Of a stretch of DNA of 64,000 bases, positions 54,327-64,000 are shown piece after piece (the first letter of the stretch is position 1; the number at the start of each line of letters is the position of its first letter). The stretch is from assembly GCF_018350175.1 (NCBI RefSeq), contig NC_058368.1:220102001-220166000 (forward strand). The letters run 5' to 3'. This DNA is from Felis catus (taxonomy: Eukaryota). The notes under the pieces are model-generated. The model was not told the origin of the DNA. It did no database searches and saw nothing but the letters and a program-made list of their open reading frames with translations. The translations under genes were made by a program, and so were the position numbers.

Positions 54327-54481
54327 GGGGCGCCTCGGTGGCTCAGTTAGTTAAGCCGGGGGCTCTTGCTTTCAGCTCAGGTCATGATCTCACAGTTTGT
54401 GAGTTCAAGCCCAAGTTGGGCTCTGTGCTGATAGCAAGGAGCCTGCTTGGGATTCTCTCTCTCCTCTCTCTTTTCTCTTCC

Positions 54482-54521
<40 letters not shown>

Positions 54522-54543
54522 ATAAATAAAAAATAAACTGAAA
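54327..54543 (+). mobile_element. Can-SINE
   Basis: ggggcgcctcggtggctcag head; TSD aattatatgta. Confidence 0.93.
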
Positions 54544-54559
54544 AAATTATATGTAAACA

Positions 54560-54880
54560 GATATGGAAAGATTTTATATATGGATAATGCATACATACAA
54601 AACTAGGTATGTATTAGAAATTATATAACACATACATTATATATATGCTAAAATGTGTATTACATACCCAAAATATATTTATTATATATATGCCCATTAT
54701 ATGTATTATATAATTATATATATATATTATATATATACTCATATAACATATGTATATGAACTTACACATATATATAGTACATAATATGTACATGTAGATG
54801 TTACACTAGTATAAACACCATTTAGACTACATCTCTCGTAGTTACTATAATTGTGATAAATATTTGCATGTACATAAATA
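54560..54880. repeat. AT-rich low-complexity (TA-rich) tract
   Basis: Direct reading. Confidence 0.8.
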
Positions 54881-54882
54881 AA

Positions 54883-55990
54883 AACACCTCGAAAGCACCC
54901 AGACCGACCCCCGCTCCACGGGCCTACCTCGTCCCACAGAACTTTCAGGAAGAGGCATCTGCTGCTCACTCAGTCCCCACAGCAGGGCGACCAGGTCAGC
55001 TTCAGCAAGTTCAGGTGCCGCCCGGGGGAGTCCAGACACGGAGGCAGCCAGGACCTGCTCCCAGAGAACTTCCCGAAGATGTTCGGCGAGCTGCCAGATG
55101 TTGCCCCCGCCAGACGTGGCCAAGCAGCAGGGGTGGCGGGTCGTGCACGGATTTTCGCGGCTACAGGAGGAGGCCTCCAGGTGCCCAGGCCGAGCACAAG
55201 GGGCCGGCACCCGGAGGGAGGGCCCGGCTGGCTGAGGCGACCCACTTGCCACGGGTGCGCGTGCCGCCCAGATCCTCAGGACGCGCCGCGGCCAGGCCCG
55301 GCGCTGCCATGCGCAGGAGCCTCGCTTCTTCGGCCCCCGCCTGGGCTGCAGGGTGAGGCCCAGGCGAGGCCGCCCGCTCAGACTCCAGTTGGCCGGCCAG
55401 GGGGCGTCGGGAGGGCCCGCTCTGTGCTGTCTGCACGCGGCCACGCGGCTGGAAACTGGGCAGAGACCGACCGCTGGCTCAGGAGGCGGGTCGTGGTGTG
55501 CAACCTGCTTCTTCAAGGTGCCGGGACCTGTCCCCTTACAGCCTGTGGCCACAGCGGCCTGAGTCAGGTCCTCCTGCGCCCGAGGGCCGCAGCACCAGGG
55601 CCCCCAGAGAGGGAAGCTTGGCCACAGATGCTGAGCTTGCTGTGTAAACAGTGATTCAGAAATGTGCGGGGTTAAAAGCAGACATGAAATCGGGCAACGT
55701 GGTGGGATCCTTTCAAGAGACAAGCTCGGTCTGGGATCTCAGATCGCCTCTGACCTTGTGCAAGGCAGTTTGCCCTCAAACAGGTTTATTTTGCAGCGAT
55801 GAAAAAGCAAAAACGAAAACAAAAACCCAAGTGCATCCTTCATCCCTCCCATTGCCACTGACGGAGCGGGAGCAGGAGCCCGCAAGTCAGACAGTGGCTT
55901 GTAGACTGGAGATCAAATTAATACATCTTTTCCACGGAACTCCGATCAAGTCACAACGTCATTTTCAAATTGATCCTACAAAACTTTAAC
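54883..55990 (+). pseudogene. Probable processed-pseudogene or captured mRNA fragment (frameshifted coding 3' end plus 3' UTR); parent gene unidentified
   Basis: Abrupt GC/CpG-rich island. A GC3-biased frame reads QSPQQGDQVSFSKFRCRPGESRHGGSQDLLPENFPKMFGELPD. After a shift near 55100 it continues PPDVAKQQGWRVVHGFSRLQEEASRCPGRAQGAGTRREGPAG* (TGA 55233-55235), followed by UTR-like sequence. No start, promoter or clear poly(A). Confidence 0.6.
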
Positions 55991-56074
55991 TCAGGCTTTC
56001 CCCAAAAGTGTTCTTCCCATCCACTCAGATCATCAAGCTTAGAGTCTATAAGCTGTGGAATAATGAAAGAGTCT

Positions 56075-56196
56075 GGGATGCCTGGGTGGCTCAGTGGGCT
56101 CAGGTCATGACCTCATGGTTGGTGGGTTGGAGCCCCCACGTGGGGCTCTGCGCTGACAACTCAGACCCTGCTTTGGATTGTGTCTCCCTCTCTCTA

Positions 56197-56246
<50 letters not shown>

Positions 56247-56273
56247 AAATAAAGAAAGAAAATATTTAAAAAA
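56075..56273 (+). mobile_element. Can-SINE with internal deletion in the head
   Basis: ggctcagtgggctcaggtcatg, lacking ~18 nt relative to the other copies; long (CT)n. Confidence 0.92.
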
Positions 56274-57072
56274 AGAGAGTTTCTACATCTGGTGAAATAT
56301 AGCGTGGCCTATATGTTATGACTTGAGGTAGCTTTTCTGGACTTGGATGCTCATGAACAAAAAAAGACAAGTATCTGCCCCCTACTTTGATTCCAATCTG
56401 TTCCCAGAGCCACACTCCTAGATATTACTAGACCTACATCCTAGGAATTTTATATCTTTTTGCATCATGTCTTTACATATTTTGACTTAATTTGGGGTAC
56501 TTTGGGACTCTATGGACTTCCATGGGAGAACCACACTTTTAATGACTTTCCCTGAGCCGTGTTTTTCAGATGGAAGTATTGAATGTATGCCACCATAGTC
56601 AGTACAGGCATTTTAACAATGGGGGTATAGGTCAAATTACTAATTCCTGCTTCATGAATCAGTAGCTCCAAAAATTATTCCATTTTATATTTTACTGGTT
56701 TTTGTACAATAGTACCTGCTGCAACTTGCTCTGTAATTCCTGAAATGTATGTATACTTTCTAGTCCTGTTCAACTCTGCTTGCAAATGGCTCAATTATTT
56801 TGAGCACTTAATTAACACTTTCTTGTATTACCTCGCACAGAAACAAACGCGTAGCAATAATTTCCTATTTTCCAGTCTTACTCTGTAAGTTTGCCAAGTT
56901 TATTACGTATTTTATCTGCTTTCCTAGTGATTACTAGTGACTATTTTACCAAATACAACAGCCACTGAATTCCATTGGTGACCATTCTTCAAGACTGCAA
57001 AAGAGTTTCTTAGCCAACTGCTGTGATGTTGTTGTTGCGTTATGACAACACCAGACTTCTAGAAGCCAAAGT

Positions 57073-57470
57073 CTGTTTTAGTCAAGATGGGGTATGATAT
57101 ACTGTGGTAACAAACCACTCCCAAATCCCAGGTAATTAATCCAGAAAGTTTATTTCTCTAGCATATTAAATGTCTAATTCAGGTGGGTATGGGGGAGTAG
57201 TGAGGAGAGCAAGTATCTTTGATCACCAAAGTCACTCAAGTAACCAGAATAAAAGAGGTTTCATCTGTGTGGTGCTTCCATGGGAAGCATGGGAAGAAAA
57301 CATGATAGTCCATGCCCTGCCTATTCCACTTTCAGCCAAGAAGACACACATATAATTTCTGTTCATATTTCACTTGGCAGAGCAATTCAAATGGCAATTA
57401 TAAAATGCAAAGTGGTGGAGAAATATCTTCTTATCATATGGAAGAAAGCAAAAGCACAGAGCATACTTGG
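57073..57470 (-). mobile_element. Old MLT1-family LTR
   Basis: tgttttagtcaagatgggg...ctgtggtaacaaaccactcccaaatcccagg...agtttatttctc. Confidence 0.6.
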
Positions 57471-58183
57471 TGTACAATATTAATGCCCTCTAGCTCTAGT
57501 CCTCTGTGTCATCTAATTTAACTCTAATAATTTTGTGACTAGAAAATGCAAATTTTATGAATGGAGATGACTGTATGCATGAGAAAATGCTGAACTGATT
57601 TCTAAAGATGAAAGAGCAACTCAGTTGTCATATGCGCTGCAATGTACTGGTCTTTGATGGTTATAAAGGGCATGGTCAAACAGCAAGATTCTATACCTAA
57701 AACAATAGTACTGAAAATGTTCAGGTTTTCCTATTCGTATTTTTCAAAGAGTGAGAAATCAGAATGATTGTTATCCATAGTATGTATTCTGCCTAATTTT
57801 TTAGTTTATCTAACGATTCTACAAAGAAAATATAAAATTGTATTTTAACCATGTTCAACCAAACCCAAGAACTGTTATTATAACTTTCACATTTTTATCT
57901 CCACTGCATCCAGATATTAATAATAAATGCATAATCTTGTAATGGTTTATATTTGCCATGGGTTTTTAAAAAGCAGTTAAGGGTCCTATTAGGCTCTTGA
58001 ACTTTAAAATCAGGTAGCTTAGCAAAGTCTCAGGACTTCATCTATTTTCTTTTGCTTCATGAACTCAAGGTATACATAGGCAATTATTAAGAGAATGCTC
58101 TTACCTGACAGTGAAGAGAATTGCTATTTTTTTCTTTTTGCATAAACAAAATTATGTTCATTCGGAGTGATAAGACATAGTCT

Positions 58184-58195
58184 TTTTTGTCCTTT

Positions 58196-58232
<37 letters not shown>

Positions 58233-58547
58233 ATTATATTTATATAATTATAATTTATATATATAAATTATATATAATATATATTATATGGTATAATATA
58301 ATATAATATAATATAATTATATAATAAATATAATATAATTATATAATATATATATTCTATAAATTATATATATATATATAATTTCAGAGAGAGAGAGAAA
58401 ACAGGGGAGGGGCAGAGGAAGAGGGAGACAGAGAATTTTAAACAGGCTCCATGCTCAGGGCAGAACCTGATCTCATGACCATGAGATCATAACCTGAACT
58501 GAAATCAAGAGTCAGATCCTTAACCAACTGAGCCATCCAGGCATCCC
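58184..58547 (-). mobile_element. Can-SINE whose tail has become a ~200 bp AT-rich array
   Basis: TSD aagacatagtct at 58172 and 58548 brackets both the SINE body (58384-58547) and the TA array. Confidence 0.9.
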
Positions 58548-61500
58548 AAGACATAGTCTGCAAGCATCGGTTTTAAATAAACCACTTCTTTACTGGTAAT
58601 AATCAAGTGTGCTTATTAACATCTTTCTGTAGCTTCCACTTATCCTGGCCAAATGATTTTATATCTGACCTTCCATTTCCTTCTATAAGTAGCCTGTTTA
58701 CTTTTTGGTAGATTAAACAAAAAATGCCTACAGTTTTTCCTCTCCTAACAAAAGTTATGATTTTTTTCTCCACCTCTTAAGTTTGAAATGCCACACAGAG
58801 TTTTGGTCAATGACCAAACATGACCTAAGCAAAAACTCCAAAAGCACTTACTTGTTCATTGGGACATCATCTCTTGCTGTGATGAGGAAGCCCTGTCATG
58901 ACCAGCCTGTGAAGAGCCATGATATGGCCTGCAGAATAATGAGAGATGTGTGACAGTTCACCTCTGCGATCTCAGACAAAACTCAGCCAAAAACTCATAC
59001 TCAAGGACTCAGTTCCCTGCCCCCCTCTGCACTGATATAGCAAACCCTTAGATCTGTTGGGGGAAAATGGAACATTGAAGAGGCCAGTACCTTCTCTTTT
59101 GGTTTCTCACTTGCATTTTTGTGGAGTTAATAAAGGCTTGATGGTAACTTTTAGTTTGTTTTATGATCTTAATTGACCACCTTAAAACCTGACAGCTCAG
59201 GGCTCTCTGACACTCTCACACTGATACAACTCAAGTGATATATGTTGACAGCTTTGATCTATATTCCTACAAGTCATATACATTTAATAATAACACACAA
59301 ATCCAATGATGAAAAAGAGTGTCATCCCAGAAAATAATCCATTTTTAGAATCCTGGGATAGTATACTTATCAAATTTTTGATGTTATTAAGAGTATAGTA
59401 GACACCACACATGTATATCTTGACGATGTCTTTTGCACCACCGCAATGAGTGATTAATACTTTTGGGATTTAGATATGATGCCAAAAATATAATTCCTTA
59501 GTGTACCATGAATTATTTATATATTTTTCAATGCTCTATAGATCTGTCATGGAAAATAGAATATCACTTAAATCTATCCTAAATTGTTCTTGCAGATTCA
59601 TACCTCACAATTTGACAAGTATCTTGGAATGTTCTCTATAATTTATTATTTCACTTCATGGTTATTATACAGTTCCGAAAGAGTGTCCCTTGTGTACAAC
59701 CCCAGGCAGGAAAATGAAAGCTGAAGGCTTGTACTTCTGCTCAGAAGTTATATTTCAACAGGCACAGGCATATAGAAAGTAAATAAAGAGGTCTTCTAGC
59801 TATCCAGTGTTTACCAGAAGCAAACAGTAAAGAACTAGCTGATTGGAATAAGCTCTAATCATCATCTCTGAGTGATAAGAAAGTAGCAGAATCAACCCAC
59901 TTCAATACTTATCACTGGTCCAGGCAAATAATTACATCAGAAAGATAAAGGTATACCCCCAAATGTAAAGACTAAACATTATTTCAGCATAGCTAATTTC
60001 TACAATGGGAAGTGGCTCAGACACTTGTCATAAAACAAATTCAATACAGTGATCACTTGGATCCTGCTTTCTAGGATGACTACATCCAATCCTGTTTTAC
60101 TCTGGAGACTTGTCTGCTTGCCTCCTCAACTTGGGAATTTGGATGGGTGGGGGGGGACCTTTTCCCTTTATTTTTAAAAAAGAAAGCCTAAGGTCTCAGC
60201 TTTTTTTTTTTAATAAAACTGGTATAGTCCCCATCACTCACTCTCTATTTCTTGCCTTCTGTGATCCAGAGAATCTCAGGAGACCCAGGACTCAGAGCTG
60301 GTAGAATGGAGGCCCTCCTCACCCAAAAAACTGTAATAACCTCCTAGATTCCAACAGAACTTAAAGACTTTACTTGTCAAAGCTTCCTTCCCCCAAGAAT
60401 CTTCTCTAAGGAAGGCATTCAGTGTTTTGTTTTATGATTGAACTGCCCAGGAAAATGGTCTGAGTCTCCAGAAACTGCTGTGGTATGAGAAATACTGGAA
60501 TAAAGGACTGTCTTATATGGAAAGATTCAGATCCCGCAGCCCAGTATGAAATTTCCTGGGTGGAGCCTGAAATCTCGTGTCCCAGAGGCTTTCATTTTTA
60601 GCTGACTCAATTACCGAGCCCCAACCCCCTTCTCCAAGCTTGAGAAAGTATAGTATAACCAATTGTAGATTGTTTGGTGAAGCAATGCCTCAACTATCCA
60701 GTTTGTTTTTGAGGGTTCACATGGCATGGGTGATTAATTTCACTCAGTCTTCCAATAGCCCATATACACATGGTTGCAATATCTGTTAACCTGTTTCCCT
60801 GCTACATGTCAGGTACCCCACCGTGCCCCATCCCTGGTGTATACCCCTTGCTGCCCTGTTAGAGGAAGTGGTTGAAGGTGTTCCAATTATTCCTGGTTCA
60901 GTTTAGAAGAGAGTATTTTTACCCTGTTGGCATATCTTCTGGATAAGTAGCACAGAAGTAAAGTCCTGGAATCTAAATATAATCTAGCTAGTGCTTTTTG
61001 CATGAATGTCTCCAACAACTATACTCATGCAGACATTTTCTCCGCCGTCTTCTGATAAATTTTGTAGACAGTAAACATATTGCCCTCAAACTCACCATCC
61101 ACCCTTTGACTTCATCGGACAGTTGGCTATTCTACCAGAGTCACGAAGGAGAGCATTTGCTTCCAAACTACCCATGCAACCACATTACAAGTATTAAATT
61201 TATAAGAGCTTAAGTCCAACATATTAGGAATCTGTATTACTTGGTAAAAAGTAGCAGTAAAAATAAAGACAGCAGTATAAATGGGGGGGGGGGGCAGTGG
61301 GAAACAATAAGATATGTTAAAAGATGAAAAGTAAAATAATTCAGTTGAGAGACGGAGTTTGAAGCCCTCTAGTAACATGCCAAAGTTGTATGACCTGAGG
61401 AAAAGAATGTAACTTCTATCAGTTTCTTCATCTGTAGAGTGGGCATAATAGTATTAGTAATCACCTTAGAGGGCAGTTGTAATACCTAGATACATGGGAC

Positions 61501-62233
61501 TGTGCTTGGCCCATGAGGGTTTGCTACTGTTTCCATTTTCTGTCTCTGACTTTAGTTTTTTCCTAGGTTCAAAACAGGAATGATAACCTCTGATGTGCAC
61601 GATTACTGGGGCTGAAGCGGTTCAACACTGAAGTGTTATGTGATATGGGAAAGAGAATTATGTCTTGAGGCCTTACAGATAAGGTTGTCATTACTTGGGA
61701 GCTTATAACAACTGCACAAATATGTAATTTATGCAATGATGGCAAAAACAATTTATTTAAAAGCAACTTATTTTGTAGATGTTCTACTTACGTAGTATTG
61801 AAGTAATTACTACCCATAGGTAATTTTCTCATCAATCACAGAATAGTTACTAACTAATATTAATGATGGTACCCCCAAAATATGCTACAATCACTGTCAC
61901 TTAATAATAATCGTTTCAGAAGCTATTTAACTTATTTAAATATAAACCTTGATTGTTCACTCACATGAACAAAGATACGACCTATATTAATATGTTTGAC
62001 TGATAACTGAAAATGAAAAAAAGAAATAATAAAATAATGTAAATATAAGACTTAGAAAGTTTTCTAAAAATAGTAAAGGAAAATGTTAATCTAAGAAAAT
62101 ATAATCCAAGTCCTATTTGGAGAAGTTAGTTATCTCAAAAGGAGATACACATTTATTATGTGTATAATATTGGTCATTCATTGTATTAGTAAAGATTAAA
62201 CATTGTTATGTTTAATCTGAACACTGACTCTGT

Positions 62234-62469
62234 GGGCTGCTTGGGTGTCTCAGATGGTTGAGAAACTGACTCTTGATTTCAGCTCAGGTCATGATACCAA
62301 GGTCATGGGATAGAGCCCCATGTCAGGCTCCGTGCTGAGCATGTAGCCTCTTGGGATTCTCTGTCTCTCTCACTCTGCCCCCTCCCCTGCTCATGCTCTC
62401 TATCTAAAATATATAAATGTGTGTGTGTGTATATATATATATATATACACACATATATATATATACATA

Positions 62470-62501
<32 letters not shown>

Positions 62502-62510
62502 CATATATAT
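62234..62510 (+). mobile_element. Older Can-SINE with (TG)/(TA) microsatellite tail
   Basis: Head gggctgcttgggtgtctcag; tail 62417-62510; TSD-like tg(a/c)ctctgtg. Confidence 0.9.
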
Positions 62511-62728
62511 TGATCTATTGCCTCTGTGAAGTAGGAACTATTGCATTTTCTTCCCTCCTTCCCCTTCTCTTAGGCAAGAAGACACTTACATTCAAAATTC
62601 AGGGTTGATTCATGACTGTGTCTGGTCAGAACCAATTCTGTCTTGGGTCTCAATAATGTTATAGTATAGGCATATTAAAATTATTTCAATAAAATCATTT
62701 TTCCTGCTTTTTATGGACTTTTATTCTT

Positions 62729-62942
62729 TTTTTAATTTTTTAATTTTTTATTTTATTTTTGTGAGAGAGACAGAGCACAAGCAGGGAAGGGGCACAGAAA
62801 GAGGGAGACACAGGATCCGAAGCAGGCTCCAGGCTCCGAGCTGTCACTACAGAGCCCGACTTGGGGCTCGAACTCATGAACCGTGAGATCACGACCTGAG
62901 ACGAAGTTGGATGCTTAACTGACTGAGCCACCCAGGAGCCCC
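62729..62942 (-). mobile_element. Can-SINE
   Basis: Perfect 17-bp TSD tatggacttttattctt at 62712 and 62943. Confidence 0.96.
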
Positions 62943-64000
62943 TATGGACTTTTATTCTTGTATTACATAATAATAGTACACAGAAATATAAAGAAAAAAA
63001 TTGAAAATAAGAATTTTCAACAGAATATTCAAAAACTTTTTTTTTTAAATCAGGACTTTTATGTGTTAACCTTTACATATTTGTTAAAGTGATGGTTAGT
63101 GATAGGACCTCATTTCATTTCAATTTTAAACACTCTTAGCTCCAAAGTTTGCACTGGAAATGTTGACATATCCATGCACTTATACAATGAAAACTCCAAA
63201 TAAAAATTTTTGGTTTTATTGACTATAAGGTTGTTGTCTTTAAGCAGATCAGTTTGGTGCCTATGAGTAGATAATGCAAATAAACTTTGTGACACGTAAT
63301 TCCCTCAGTAGCATTATTCTGGAATATAGCCCAATGGTTTTTACAATGTAGATGTTTCATTTATTTTATTTGTTGGTAGTTAGTGCTTGTCAAAATGTTT
63401 TGCATTGTCCTGTTTTCACGTATAATTTCAGTTCCACTTTTATCCATTATATATGGTGATTGTTTAGAGTAAAAAACTCTGTGCCTCTTTTAGTCACTTG
63501 GCTTTTCCTCAGGTAGTGGCATATGTATGTGGGAGGATACTTGCTATGTAAAATGAATACAATCAATCATACCACATTCCCTAAAAGCAGTCTCGTGATC
63601 ACATGGGCGGGTCTGGGGCAAAGAGACAAGAATATCAAATAAGGATGCAAACTTTAATTTAAAATTGTTCTGCAGGTGAAGAATTGAGTTGAATTCTCTT
63701 GAGAATATGCTAGATCACTAAACTGTACAATAAAATAGCAAGAAAGTCATAAGTAGAATCAGAAGGATATAGAGGTAGGACATCCTTAGATTTTACAATA
63801 TTTTTGCATATTCACTCATCCATTTGTTCATTCATTCTTTAACACCCCCATAATTCACTACATATTTATTGACCTGCTATTGTACTCAATTAACTATAGA
63901 AGGTCCTGAAAATTCAAAGACTAAAATATTTTTTTTCACTTCTTACGACATTCAGAAATAGGCTACAAAATAAATTTGTCTTGCAGAAATAGTCTACAAC

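Noticed and set aside
54845..55723. 292-aa minus-strand ORF and overlapping 167/191-aa plus-strand ORFs as real genes
   Set aside because: GC-rich DNA is stop-poor in all frames. The products are Pro/Arg/Gly/Ala-rich with no recognisable domain, and several lack an ATG start. Codon bias supports only a frameshifted plus-strand segment.
55801..55830. A-rich gaaaaagcaaaaacgaaaacaaaaac as the retrocopy poly(A) tail
   Set aside because: No AATAAA upstream, no convincing TSD, and CpG-containing sequence continues to ~55990. Not fully excluded.
58700..61200. Moderately GC-richer LTR-like patches
   Set aside because: Probably old LTR or MaLR fragments, but I could not support boundaries or families.
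6924..62931. Recurrent ORFs with QAPGSELSAQSP / AQVMISR / ERERE motifs, and tRNA-like sequences
   Set aside because: All are Can-SINE translations; the heads are tRNA-derived, not tRNA genes.
1..64000. CRISPR array, prokaryote-type system or NUMT
   Set aside because: Eukaryotic repeat-rich DNA; I saw no regularly spaced repeat-spacer array, operon-like ORFs or mitochondrial-like sequence.

Overview
AT-rich, repeat-dense mammalian genomic DNA. It is almost certainly from a cat or other felid, given about 24 Can-SINEs (several of the young SINEC_Fc type) and carnivore L1 3' ends. It reads like a gene desert or the inside of a very long intron. I can support no intact protein-coding gene, RNA gene or CRISPR array. 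Almost all ORF-track entries are by-products of SINEs, L1 fragments or microsatellites. Contents are Can-SINEs with target-site duplications (TSDs), truncated L1s (two with 5' inversions), ERVL and MaLR LTR relics, old hAT DNA transposons, MIR and microsatellites. The most unusual feature is a ~1.1 kb GC/CpG-rich island at ~54883-55990. It looks like a frameshifted, captured 3' end of an mRNA (coding C-terminus plus 3' UTR). I could not identify its parent gene, and it has no clear poly(A) tail or TSD. I did not find convincing evidence of a new biological system; the findings are mainly mechanistic traces of retrotransposition and repeat evolution. Repeat family names are from memory of consensus motifs, not from a database search.
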